Source: Basidiobolus meristosporus CBS 931.73 (taxonomy: Eukaryota; Fungi; Basidiobolomycota). Taken from it: a DNA stretch of 64,000 nt. The stretch lies in assembly GCA_002104905.1 (NCBI GenBank), contig MCFE01000216.1, forward strand, positions 62,001 to 126,000, in the 5' to 3' direction. The notes under the pieces are model-generated. The model was given only the letters and a program-made list of their open reading frames with translations. It was not told the origin of the DNA and ran no database searches. The position numbers were made by a program, and so were the translations under genes. This document shows positions 48,541-62,200 of this stretch, piece by piece; position 1 is the stretch's first letter; each line of letters opens with the position of its first letter.

Positions 48541-51456
48541 GCTGCATTTCCGCTAAGCAAGATTGTAATGGTGCCGTTCAAGAGAAACCAGCCGCCGCTC
48601 CCTACCGGTTATATAGGTAAATGATGGAGTAGGTGAATGCCCGCCATATCTCCGCGTCCAATGTATTTGTCTAGATGAAATGATTGTTGTGAACGGCGTG
48701 ATCATGCTTTCCTAAACCGCATTGAAAGCGAAGTGAGACACAAATTAGAGGCTTGGGGTGTAGTAACCCGGTATTAAACTAGTTTCGTAATTGGTGCGGG
48801 AAGCCTAGTGGCAAATGGGAAGAAACAAACAAAGAATATTAAAAAGATTGGGTTCCGAACTGTAATCCATCTATAGCAAATATCATCTTGGGTAGGACAA
48901 ACCAGGCGATTCCAGGGTTTCTACTATGGTAATCTCTTGTCACTATTATCAATCTTCAGCAAAATATTATCTGAGTGATCGTCCGAGGTAAGAGCTATGT
49001 TGAGCGATGATCAGCCAGATCCTGGTGCCGACTCTCGGTATTAGGCTACTTTATTATGTTTCAGTGGCAATCCACGTGGAGTATAATGGGCTGGCTGTGT
49101 TTCTCCATTAGCTCAAGGAATTGTGGAATAATGGGGTGTAACATTTCCTCAAGTAACGATGTGTAACATTTAACGAGGCAGCGCTATAGTAATGATCACC
49201 AGAGTAAGTTGCCTATAGTCACAACCAGGTTGGGGGGACTACCATGAATGACTCTATTTGAAACTGCAATGGTTGCCTTGATTCAAAGAAAAGGGTCAGC
49301 TTGTAAAGAGAATGTTCGCTTAATATTGAAGGCTGACGTAATTGAGGCCCTAGTATTTCATATCCACGGGAAAGTTGTAGAACGGACTTTGATGTAGTTT
49401 GTTACTTCTCTTCAATTTCACGCAACATTACTTCAGCAAACCCTAGATACCACATGCTCACCAGATGTGATAAGAAAGGCGACTAGTATACGAAAACAAC
49501 CACAAACCAAAGTACGAATTTCCTGCTTGGATTGTCTATGTAGGATGCCTTTAATGATTCCACCTAAACGGCCGGATACCTTGTACGTAGTTAGATCATC
49601 AGTATCATGCATAGAATATTCACATTATTGGACCAGCATGGAATACAGAGTCATTAATTAAAGCCACAACAACCAGTTTGTCACCATCATCATGGCTAGT
49701 ATTAAGCAAGTATTCTCAGGGTAACAATTGATGTGTAAGCCCCAAATATGATGTAGGTAGTTGGCCAACATCAATCCAATGTGTGATATGATACGTCAAT
49801 TACGGTGATCCATGCATCTATAGATTGACGGAATGGTTATCGGACAGTTGTGGTGATAGGTAAAATGCACCGTTACAATCTATAGCGAAGGGTGGGTGTA
49901 GGTAATATGTGTTGGACATATTGGGGCAGTGTGAAATCAGTGGTGATTAGCGTTCGGTAGTGGTACAACTCTTCGTCCTCACTGATGTTAATCGAGATCG
50001 CTAGTATGATCGGGTGTTATTATCGCACAATTCGGTGAAAATCCGTTGGACCGAACTATTAATGCATTTGTATGTTTTCCAATAGAGGTTTTAAGAATAA
50101 GTATCCTCATATTGTGAAAGAAGCCAGAGTATTTTCAGCTATCAATCATGTGTTCGAAGCGTATTGATGCTGTTTCTAGCTAGTTAACAATCATGTGTCT
50201 TCGAGGGTACTGGTGAGACAAGAATAACGAAGCATTTGTGATATAATCGTTGTCTAACGCGAATCTTTATATCATTCTTGTTTACGCTATAGCATCATTC
50301 CTAGATAGCATACTAGTTCTTGCCTAGACTCGTGATTTATAGTTATCTATTTTGGACGATGTGAAGTACCTTAATTGAGACTATTCACTTTGGAAAATAT
50401 TGGCAGTCACCCAAATGTCGTGCTCTGTAGTAATACGCATACTATGCTGCGACTCAACATCAAACTTCCCACAATTCCGAAGAATATGCAACATGAATAA
50501 CGTCAATATTTTAATAAAGAAATATTTGGTCAATAATCATGAAGAGCTGTTGAAATCCTGAAAAGATGAATCCTTTGGAAGTATCCGAAAAGGGCACAAC
50601 TGATTCTTTTACATGCTTTCTTCGCAACACACTTCCAACGTATTCTGGAGGTTTCCCATGGGGATCTATAATCCAAGGGCATACTCGACATATCCATATT
50701 AACATGATATATATCAGCATGAGAGTAGGAAATGTAGACTAACCAGTAAACACTTTTATTATCCAAATTGCTGAGAATATTAAGTATTCTCAAAGATGTC
50801 ATGGACACATTATTGGACAGAGATGTTGAATAAAACTAGTGGGTTGTGGCTTACCGTAATAGCGGTGTTATAAGGTACCAAAATCTTATGTTCTTACTAC
50901 ATCTATTCGCGTCAAGTAATATGCGAATTTTTGCCTTTGGAAAGCCTTAGTTCTAGTAGTGTGAGTTGAAGTAAAACCTGCTGATTAATGGTAATTTGGG
51001 CTAGCCGGTGATAGGCACCTCTACTATTTTGATCAATTCCTATAACCGTCTGCATCTTCCACATTACCAGTGTAAGCAAACACAATCTAATCTTGACTAC
51101 GAACAATTTCTCCCTCGAAGACGCAAACTTTGGTTGATCACAGAGCTATGAATAGGATCCCAAGCACGCCATGGAAGAGTAGATTGAAAACCTGTCTCGT
51201 GTGTCACGAAACCCACAAACTCGTATTTCGGTATGATGATGCCAACAAAAAACAACAAAGCCAATTGTGCATTTGGCCCAAGAAATTGCCTGCTTTAATC
51301 AGGGTATGTTTGAAAAATTGCCGCAGGCCAATAAGATTAAGAGTAACTTGTAAGTACAATGGTTACACTGGTAGTCAAGGTACATCGGAGAGGGAAATTC
51401 TAGAGGTAAAGTACAGGAGTTTGGTATCTACGGGGAACATATCGGATTGCTTCGCT

Positions 51457-53296
51457 CTACTCCTCTTCTATTTTACTATCCGAATTGACTCTTTCTTTGC
51501 ATTTTCTTACTTCTTCTGTCCAGTTGGTGAACAGAATAGCTGCCCCTTGCCCAACTGAAACTACAACTAAGGCAGTCAACAATCCCCACCATATGCCTGC
51601 CAAACCCATCTCTCGGACGAAGGCAAGGTAATATCCAATGGGAAAGGCAATTAGGTAGTAGGCCGCAATGTTGACATACGCTCCAACTTCCTGCTTACCC
51701 TGACCACGGATGATACCACCAGTGACGCCACCCAATCCGTCAAATACCTTGTGTAGGAGTTAGATCATTATCGTGCTACCTTATGTAATCCGAATAGTGA
51801 ACTTACCTGGAACATAGCACCGATGGGAAGAACGGCTGCTACGAGTTTGATGACTGCCTCGTCATTGTTAAACAAGTAGCCCCAGACATTTCTAAGGGAA
51901 AACAAGAGTGTGGAGTTGAACAGACCAAACATGATCGCCAGGAGTAGAGAGCAGTTGGAAGACAGTCTAGCATGGTTAGCTCTGCTGGCACCAAGTAGGT
52001 TCCCGATTCTGTTACTACAAGCAATACTAATGCCTAAAAGGGAAGAGCGTTAGCCAGCTATCAGCCGAGAGTTGACTACAAAGACATACCCATTGGAACA
52101 GTGTAAAACATGGAGCAGGTGGTAAGAATGATCGACTGAGCAGCCAATGAAGTGGTTCCGAAATACGCAGTAGCTAGAGCAGACACTTCAAAGGCCCACC
52201 ACTCGCAACAGATCATGACAGTACCTGGAAGGGCTGGAATAGAGACAAGTATGAATACCATTTTCAATCTCCAACAAGCCATAAAGATTAAATACCTAAT
52301 TTGAGGAAAGGAGCCCATCCTTCCAACGCTTTTCTACTCCAACCACCCCAACAATCACCACCAGCAACGTATTTGGTATAAAGAATTAGAAGAACCAACA
52401 TTAACATGTATGTACATGAAGTTGCCAAGGGAGCCCCAATGAACCCAAGATTGAATGGTTCTCCCCAAACGAACCAATAGTTCGTAAACATGTTCAAGGG
52501 GCTTGTAATTAAGAGTACGTAGGTGCTAGCATGCATAATTCCTACAGGGCCATATACGCGTTATTTGAAAGCCCCAAAAAGAAAGCTATTTTCATTCTTA
52601 CCTTGTGCTTGTAAATATCTCTTAAGACATTCGAAGCAAACAAACGGGAATGCGCCTGGCAACAGATATCTCATAAATACTCCAGAGAGGGCGGCCAGCT
52701 CTGGGTCTTGGTTTAGCCAGAGCAGGAGATATTCAGCATTCCACCAAAGATAAGATATGGGAGCAAAGAGTAAAAGCATTATACAAAGGGCTCGCTGGAG
52801 GTAAATGCCCAAAGCATGAGGATCATCCGAGCCAGTGAAGGCCTGGCTGCCCAGAGTATCAAGTGCAGTTGAAATCCCGATGGACACGGACCAACAAGTT
52901 ACGGCTGCGTACATACTCGCAAGGGCGGAAACAGCGAGTTCTGATAAGCATAAACACGAGGTAAGAAACTAATGAGTAACGGATGAATCAGAAGTGAAAT
53001 GTACCGGTGGGTCCCTGTGAATTAACAAGAATCAGTATCCAGAACGAACGTTAGGTGACACAAGAGGGTGGACTTACCAAATGGCCAAGAGAAAAGACAC
53101 TGGCCAGTTGGATAGAGCTTTGAAGTAGGTATGTAAGAATTACTGGAGCCGAAAGCTTTAGGAGAGTCCAGATTTCAGACTTCCATGCCTTTAACTTTGG
53201 GTATCTATCAATATCATTTGCCAAGTTACTAGGTAAAAGTGGAGTGCTCTCGCTCAGAGAAGTAATCTTAGATTGAACGATATTGTCATTGGCCAT
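51457..53296 (-). CDS. MATE-family efflux transporter, multi-exon
   Basis: SVFSLGHL, ALDTLGSQAFTG, CCEWWAFEV, RIGNLLGA, IRGQGKQ..GAYVNIAAYY..G.AGIWWG. Confidence 0.92.
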
Positions 53297-55035
53297 TTTT
53301 GTAAGGATTTTGAGCTAAAGGACGGAGGCAAATTGTAACTACCAACTATTCCATTTATATACTAATAGAAATGAGGGCGAAAATTTTGCATATAATAGAT
53401 ACATTCATTGGACTCAGCGAACGTGAATATCTGTGGGCTACTGTATCGGTTATTGTATCGCCTAATGTACAGATGGGAAATTCCAGGTATGACTAATACT
53501 GATTGATACTCCCAAGCTTAGTGTCACACATGGCTCTGTCTCGCCCATAAATGGTAGCAAATAATAATCTCCAAACCGGCATTTATCCACTATTTCCTTG
53601 TCACTTTTCTCCGCTTTTAGTTGACAAAGGCAGCAGTGGAAGAGATTTGAAAGCCTCAATGCCTGCGGTTCTGAGACTACTGCTGAAAACGTTCAGAGAT
53701 ATACTTTGAAGCTAGTAATACATAATGTTAGATCAGCTGATATGATTTTTGTTCATTACCATAAAATTGGAACAGTATCCATATTGAGAATTTGTGCCAA
53801 GAGTAGCTAATCATGATTAGATACACGCTACAAGATATCTGTGATTTCTCTACTGGTTTAGAAGTGTGCTCAAGTGGTCCTTTATAGAAATGTGCAACTG
53901 GGGAGGTTGGCGTATGGTATCCGTTGGATTCATGGACGTTCGGAGTAAGCCCTCGGAATATTGTCACCTGACAGAGACATTAATCATACTGTGTTGTTTG
54001 CTTCAAGCATTGGATTGTTCACTACTGGCAATAATGCCACCCAAGCACATATATTTCATAGTTTACAAGTTTTTGAATAGCTTACTCTCATAGGTCTGTC
54101 AGCATGGAGCTTATCTTGGAGTTGACCAACATTTCCACTTGTTGGCTTATATATTATATACCAACTCTGTATATATCTTCTCATATTCTTTAACCACACA
54201 TTTCTATAGCTAGTTGCTCAAAGCGGGGGGGGGTTCTGTCTTTTCAATGTTTCTACAATCCTGAAGAATTAGAAATATTCTCTTATATCGACCTAGTATT
54301 AAATCGTAGTATGTGAATTGTCATGTGCTAAGCAAATTGTCTGCAACATAGATTGTATTTGAAACATCAAAATAAGTAAGATCTATCAAACTTGCCCGCA
54401 TATCACGCAGTTCTAAAGGTAAGGAATATTCCAGCCCAATACATCAGCAATACAGCAATTTCTAACTCAATAGGTCCTATTGTTAAAGTGGGTACGGTTC
54501 GATCTTCCAAGAACGGGCGGATCTTGCTAGTCAAAATTAATCGAGTTTATTCTATTCCACTATATTCACATTTACACAAAAAATCTGCTCAATAGCAGCA
54601 CACACCAGTCAATCGCTAGCTTCATTGGTAAGTGCCACTGGTGATGGCAAGGATCTACCACAGATTTACCATTAAAACTTTATCTTGGCGATAATTCGGC
54701 ATCCAGAGTGATCTTTATCTCAATATAGAGATAATTTCAGTTGGCTATGTATTGCTGTTTAGTGCACTGATCGGAATGCCTGCTGGTTACAAGCAGTTGT
54801 TGAATTTTCTTGAGAGCTCACTTTATGTTGCACTAGCATTTGTCCGCTTTCCCATGGATGATTTCACGTGTATATGCATTTCAAAGGCCATGGCGGTGTT
54901 GAGGAACAGGAATTCATAGATGGTTGCGGTGTATCTCTTGCACAAGAAGGTAGCTATGAAAGAAGGTGCCATTTTTCAATATAAATAGTTTCGCTGGGAT
55001 TTGTCCACAAACTATTCACTAGGGTTTTCCATTCA

Positions 55036-56091
55036 ATGAGACTTATTTCTACCTTGGCCTTCTGCTGTGCAGTTATCTCTTCGCTGTCTGCCGCTCCACT
55101 GGCCAAACGCGGCGGCGCTGAAGTCAGTGCTGAGACAAAGAACATGTTGATCCGTCACGGCAACTACGCTGCCGCCACTTATTGCTTGAAATCCAGTGTG
55201 TTGAAGTGGAACTGTGGTAGCCGATGTGAAGGAGATGTTCAAGTGACCTCCTATTTTGACGATTTACTAAGCGGACTGGCTGGTTATGTTGGCGTCAACC
55301 ATAAAGAGAAAACTATCATTGTAGCGTTCAGAGGGTATGGTCTCACTGCTTCTAATCAAGACACTTTAACTCACACTACATCTGTTAAGAACATCCAACA
55401 TCCGGAACTGGGTTCACGATTTTGATTTCCTTCCGCTGGACTTTGCTTATCCTGATGCTGAAAAGGGAACCATGGTTCACGGTGGGTTTTTGAAAGCATT
55501 CAACAGCGTGTCTGAAGATGTTATTGCTGGATTGAAGAAGGTTGTGGATCAGCTTCCTATCAATCCCGACGAATATGAACTTGTAGTGACTGGTCACTCT
55601 CTGGTAAGTCCACTTTTCAGTAGTCAGCCAGAAAATACGAATTGACTCGGAAAATATAGGGTGGTGCAGTTGCAGTCCTTGGTGCCATGGAGATCAAAAA
55701 CCACTTACTGAATCCAAAGAGTCCTCGCTGCATTACTCCACCAGCTAAAACCATTAATCCTGAGAAAATCCTTGTTCGTACCTACGGCCAACCCAGAGTT
55801 GGGAATCCCAAGTTTGCCGCATTAGCATACAAGACACTTTCAAACTCCACCATTAGTGACAGCTTCATTCGTGTGACATCCAAGAATGATCCAGTACCAC
55901 ATGTTCCACCTGAGTCTTTTGGATTTTTGCATTCTCCACATGAGGTGTATATTCATTGGTTTACTGGCAAAACCATGAATTGTAATGATGCCGGAATGGC
56001 CGAGGATAATGACTGCATTCGTGGTTACCTTCCGGTGGATGTTATCTCCCATATGACTTATTGGGACCTTAGATTTGGCCCTTGGTGCTAA
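55036..56091 (+). CDS. Secreted class-3 lipase, paralog of 7409-8476 (introns 55335-55389 and 55604-55659)
   Basis: Same motifs and same two intron positions as the first lipase; long identical peptide stretches. Confidence 0.93.
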
Positions 56092-56640
56092 ACATTTGCC
56101 TTCCGCACTACATTTGCGTACCTCTCCAATAAACTAAATGTTACACGTTAATCCTGTGTCACCGTAAGTTGTGCAATGGGGACTATTTGTACTCCTAACA
56201 AGTGGTGTAAGTAAGTGTGAAGTTTGCGTTAAGTGGCAAAGCTTTTGCTCCGTTTGGTATGATGCCTTATATGCTGTATTATATTACTGACACGCTGCAG
56301 TGCTTCTGATTATTCATAGATACAAGCCTAAAACTTACTCTCGTGAGTGGATTCTAAACAATGAAATAACTAAGCTACTATAAGGTGCACTTGGAACGTT
56401 TTAGCTTATTATCCTAATGGAATGATTGTTTAAGAGAATTTAATCAGATCAAATATCTTATATCCCCATGGCCCATGATTAAGTTTTCAAAAATAGGCCG
56501 CTATTGGTTTTTTGACCAGGTTGCTACATGAGAGTGAGTTGTCAAAGCTTGTGAAATCTCTATTGGAATTGGCACCAGTCATGTCATGGTTTGTGTCATT
56601 CATTGTCCCATCAGCAATGAATTTGATAGTATCCCATATG

Positions 56641-58690
56641 TGTTGTAAGAGTCTTGGAGATATTGGAAGTGATTGGGAGAACAAGTAGATTATGTGGTTT
56701 TCACTTAATGATTTATTGAATGTAAAAGTAGTATTTATACTTTTACCTGGTCTTGGCATTACAAACACGTAGAATAGGCTAAGGAAGGTCTCAAGAACAT
56801 GTGTGCAAAGTTTGGGGCTGTTTGGACAACTTATCTAATTTTCATGTTCTGGGTAAATATTCTAAGTAAATCCCGACAAGGAATTTGGTCAGTATTCTCT
56901 AGGATTTGAGGGTAATGATCTAAGTGACTAAGTTAGGTGAATATTTAGGTGGAATTCCGAATTTTTACAACACTCCACTCAGCTAAATGTTTATACTGAC
57001 TAGTCCTAATTTTGACCTAAGATATTCAAACTTGTCTCTAGCTAATGGTTTGGTAAATATGTCTGCAATCATTTCATCTGTAGGACAGTAAACTAAGCTA
57101 ACTAAGTTATTCTCTATAGCTTCACATATGAAATGCTGTCTAATAACTATGTGCTTGGTTCTAGCATGAAAAGTTGGATTTCTACGTAATTGTATACATC
57201 CTTGATTATCTTGAAATAAAGTAATAGGTGTTCTTTGACATAGGCCTAAATCTGTAAAAAGCTTTCTTAACCACATTGCTTCTTTTGTAGCTTCACAGGC
57301 TGCCATATACTCTGCCTCTGTGGTGGAAAGTGCTACGGTTGGTTGCTTTCTTGAATTCCATGAAATTGCTCCTTTACAGTAAAGAAAGGTGTATCCTGTG
57401 GTAGATCTTCTGTCTTCCAAATTTCGTCCCCAATCAGCATCAGAGTATCCCACAAGATCCTGTTCTGAATCCTTATAAGTGTATCTTAAGCAGATATCAG
57501 CAGTTCCTTTTGGGTATCTAAAAATCCACTTAACTGCTGTAATATGATCAGATCCATAATTCTGATTATGTTGGCTGACAACTCCCACTGATTATGAGAT
57601 ATCTGGACGTGTTCCAAGCATGATATACATCAGACTGCCGACCATAGATTGATAAGGAAAGTCAGGGCTTTCAGATGGCACCAAGTTCTCTGGATTTGGT
57701 TGAGTTTTGACCAAGTTAAGGTTTGTCTCCATTGGGGTAGCTGCCGGTTTACAGTCTTCCATTTTGTACTTCTTTAGTATATCTTGAATATACTTGGATT
57801 AGCTTAGGGTAATAGTCTGGGTACTTCTGTCTATGGAGAACTTAATCCCTAAGTAGTAACTAAGTTCTCCTAGATTGGACATCTTGAACTCCTTAGATAG
57901 GCTGGATTTAGTCTCTTCCAATGTTTCTAGGTTATTGGCGGCTATAATAAGATCATCCACATATAGAGCTAATAGAACTGGATTTGCTCTATCTGGCTTA
58001 TAATATATACTATAGTCAGCATTACTCCTTTTGAAACTCAAAGATTCCAAATAAGAATCTATCTTGCAATTCCAGGCTCTTGGTGATTGTTTGAGACCAT
58101 ATAGTGACTTTTTAAGCTTGCAGACCAAATGGGGGTTATCTTGGTCAGCAAACTCATCAGGCTGGTCCATATACATGTCCTCATCAAGTTCTCCATTCAA
58201 AAATGCAGTTTTTACATCCATTTGATGAATAAAAAACTTATATTTTGCTGCAATAGCCAATATTAATCTGATGGAATTAAACTTGGCTACTGGTGCAAAG
58301 GTCTCAGTATAGTCAAGTCCTTTTGTTTGAGAGTATCCTTTGGCTACAAGTCTTGCTTTGTATCTTTCAATTGTACCATCAGCCTTGTATTTTGTCTTGA
58401 AGACCCATCTGCATCCAATTGATTTTTGGTTGATTGGTAATTTGACTTAGTCCCAAGTTTGATTTTCCATTAGGGCCTGATATTCCTCAGTCATTGCAGA
58501 TCTCCAAAACTTTGTCTGAGGGCTATTTAGGGCCTCTTTTACAGTCTGGGGTTCATCAATATGGACTGAATAGGCATAGGCTAAGTTTGTACCCTCATTG
58601 ATATAGTAATTTGGGCTATTTCTTGTCCGATTGGATCTCCGGGCATTTGAAACTGGAATGATCACTTCTGGGATATTTAGGGTGTAGGTG
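56641..58690 (-). mobile_element. Decayed Ty1/copia retrotransposon: 3' LTR 56641-56972, PPT 56973-56981, RT-RNaseH remnant 56983-about 58690 with two premature stops; 5' part absent here
   Basis: YKARLVAKG, QMDVKTAFLNG, LYVDD, YSDADW..RRSTTGY, STTEAEY, TKHI..RQHF; LTR bounded by TGTTGTA/TACAACA; TAA stops at 58447 and 57799. Confidence 0.93.
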
Positions 58691-58721
58691 TTATAGTAAG
58701 GGCTAGAAAAAGGCTAGAAGA

Positions 58722-58790
58722 GCAGGGGGTCTGGGGAATGCAGTCCCCTAGAGAATAAAAAAGCAGGGGGTTTGGGGAATGTAATCCCCC
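58722..58790. repeat. Two tandem GCAGGGGGTYTGGGGAATGYARTCCCC hairpin units
   Basis: Copies at 58722-58748 and 58763-58790, each able to fold a GGGGA/TCCCC stem. Confidence 0.8.
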
Positions 58791-59264
58791 ATACTACTCC
58801 CATACTGTTTAAATTCCCTTTGGATTACTTTTCTCTCATTCTTGGTTCTGGTCCCTTAGGGTTACAATGCCTCCTCCTAACCCTTATCACCCTAACCATA
58901 AATATTTTTACCCTTCAATTGGCACATTGTCTGGTCATATAGTGGGCATGTCTGGGCTGATATTTGTCTCCCTACACATTCTCTATGCTCTGTATAGGTT
59001 TTGATGATTATTTATTTAATAAAATGTTACTTTTAATGCTATGAATAATTATTTATGGGAATCATCCCAATCTGGCCAGAATCTCATATCTTAATAAGCT
59101 TTGGGCACCATAAATTGTGCAGCCCTAATATGATAAAAAATTCATGGCCATTGCAAATTTTCTGTAACCCAATTGCTTTTACCAAATTTAAAGTGTATCC
59201 CAAGTTCAATACATTTTATAGCTATAATAGAAACTTTGTTTGACACCATTGCAACTACTACATG

Positions 59265-62200
59265 TTAGGGGAGAGACAGTCACCAACAGGTGAAATCTTT
59301 ATTTCAGTTGAAACAAAGAAGCCAACACTACTGTTGTAGCTTTGATACAAGAGTGTGTAGCTGAGGGGAATTTGTAGGTAAGTTAATAAGAAGTGATGAT
59401 AGTTCTTCAGTGCTCAAGACACTGTTCAGTGGGAAGGGGGGTAGCAAGTGAGGTAAGAATGACTTGTGAACAACATTAATGAGGGGAATGTGATAAGGAT
59501 TGATATTCATCATAAAGGGAGTGTGTTGCTGCAGATATTGCTGCCAAAGGTCTCTCAAGTACTTCAGGTAGGACAGCTTGGGTTTTTCTGACTGCAGAAT
59601 ATAGTGAGCAAACTTCTTGACTTCAGGATCTCCAAGTATAGTTCTCCAGCAGGAGCCAGGTGTAGTGTGGTGTGTTCTCTTCCGGGCCTTAATCAATGGG
59701 TTGTTGCAGTGGTGAAGTTGGAGATATAATCCGGTTCTAAGGTAGAGAAGTCTGATCTTATAGGGCATAAACCCAAAAGCACCAAGAATAGTATGTCTGT
59801 AGGGGCATTCAGGCAAATGAGGCACCAAGGAGGTAATGCACCATAATGCAAACTTGTCAAGCTTAGTGCAGTCTCTAGAAGTGAGAGAGAGAAGTGGTAA
59901 GCCAAATTCCAGGACAGGGAAGACAAACTGCTTGAGTAGAAGGAGGCAGCTGGGAGCTGAAGTTGTAGGAGGAGTAACAGCCAGTAGCTTGTGGAGTGCC
60001 TGTCTTGCCAGGATAATTCTCTTCTTCAGGTGTGCTCCAGAGTCTAGTCCAGTAGGAAGGAAAGGAAAGTCAAGATATGTAGCAGAAACCTGAGCAGGTA
60101 GAGTGGAGTTCTTCAAGTTGATGGGAGAGCCCAAAGGTACTGTCTTTGCAATGGAAAGCTGGAGATTATTCTTCTGCAGATACTGGTGGATGCTCTGGGA
60201 GTCTTGTTGCACATTGGAGGAAGATATTCTGATGTCATCAGCAAAGAGAGTAACCAGGCAGTCAGCTGAGAGTCTTGGGAAATCATTCAGGAAGATGGCA
60301 AACAGTATAGGACCAAGCACAGAGCCTTGAACCACTCCATTAGGAACTGAGAACACAGCTGATTGCTCACTTGGGTGAAGAGTTCTTGCTTGTGGATCCA
60401 GAAACAGAGACCTGACAAGGAGGGTGAGAGAGGTACTGGAGAAGCATTGCAGCTTGGACCAAAGCAGATTTCTGTCAACTGAATCAAAGGCCTTAGTAAT
60501 ATCAAACTGAACAGAGGGATACTTGCACTGGGGAGAGTGATCTTGGCTAAGTATGACTACATATTCCAAGGAAAGGCCAGGAACAAAGCCAAACTGTGCA
60601 GGGTGAAGCTTGAGGGAGTCAGAGTAGAGCTCCTGAGCAAGCAGAAGCTCAAACACCTTTCTGCAGGTGGGCAGCAGAGATATTGGCCTGTAGGAGCTAG
60701 GATCCAGGTGCTTTCCTTTGCCCTTGTACAGTGGCAGAACATTTGCAAAGGACCATTCCTCAGGAGTAGAAAGCTGGGCTGAGCATTGTTGAAACAGTGG
60801 AAGCAGCAGTGCAGACATGGCCTTGGTACTAGTCTTCAGAAGCTCATAGGAGATTGTGTCCACACCTGGAGCAGTAGAGTTGGGAAGCCTCTTGAGCACA
60901 TTATGGATTCTCCCTTGATCAAGTGCAAGTGGGATGGGCAGAGTCTTGAAGTCAGGATGAAAGCCAGGAGTTGAGTACTGCTTTGTAGAGAAGAAGATGT
61001 TAGCCAGCTGTTCTGTTAAAGGTAACTTCCTGGAAGAGGGCCTCATTGCCCTGTATAGTCTTGATACTGTTCTTGTTATAGAGTTGGAAGATAGCAGAGG
61101 CAAAGAACTCAAAATATGATCCCAGAGCTGAGTATGCAGAGTGTGGTGAATTGCCTTTGAGTGGTGTATGGCTGTCAGGAGGAGTTACTCTGTTTTTGGG
61201 TTAGGGAAACTCAGGTAGCTTTGCTGCAGGGCTGAAACAATGGATTCCCATTTTCTTGAAGTAACAGCAGTAGTCTTGCATGGCAGTGAGAGGGAGGCAG
61301 AGACCAGAATCAGATGCTTCACAAAGAGCCAGGTATAGTTGCAATCATCTGGCAGAGAAAGTAGCATACTGGCAAGCTTCAAGTAGTTCCCTAAGTCTTT
61401 CTTCTGATTCTTGGTAGCTTTGTGGGTGAGCACAGTAAGTTTTGGCAGCTTCTTCTTCACAACTGGTTGCATAGAAAGGGACCAGGCTAGGTGGTCAGAG
61501 GCTCTCAAGGATCCTAGCTCAGCTCCAGAGAATTGCTTAACTTCATTCACAAAGTAGAGGGCAGCAGCAGAAGGGCAGATCCAGTCAACACATCTTTTCT
61601 CAGATTGAGCACCTAGTGCTAGCAGATGGCTTTCTCTCAGGAAGTTCAGTAGGAATGTAGACCTTGGCTTCATTCTTGCAGTCAGAGTAGTCTTGTTCTC
61701 AGGATGGGGAATGTTGAGATCTCCAAGCAAGATAACAGGTGTTGATATAGATTGCTGGTATTGCTGAACTTTCTGGCATATAACTTGCACTTTCTGAAGG
61801 GCAAGACTTGGAGGCAGATAGCAGAGCACCAGACTGATAGTTGGCAACTGGAGAGCAGCACAGTAAGGGGAGTAAAGAGGAACACAGAGCTGGGGAGTAT
61901 TGATGGTAGAAGAGATGAAGCAGATAGAGGAGGTATTCTTTGTTCTAGGAGTAGAAAAGCAATATAGATTAGTCAAAAGTATAGACGGTAGCTGGACATC
62001 AATCAAACACAGGAGAAAAAATCTTGAAAGAAGTCTCTCTAGAGTTGGTCTTGATGGCTGTATGCTGTTGCAGTTAAGCAACAGAACTTCAGGTAGTCAG
62101 GCAGAGGTTGTAGCTTCTTCAGAGGCAGCATTGACAATGTGACCTGCAGAGTCCCAGAGCTCTTCAAATGGTGCATCACTTAAGTCAGCAAGGAGGGAAA

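Noticed and set aside
48600-51400. Hydrophobic short frames suggesting a decayed membrane-protein gene
   Set aside because: Frames are short and discontinuous with no family match; cannot be supported without homology search or RNA-seq.
62097-62099. Selenocysteine decoding of the ORF1/ORF2 TGA
   Set aside because: No SECIS-like structure is visible in the roughly 60-nt 3'UTR and the position is a linker, not a redox site.
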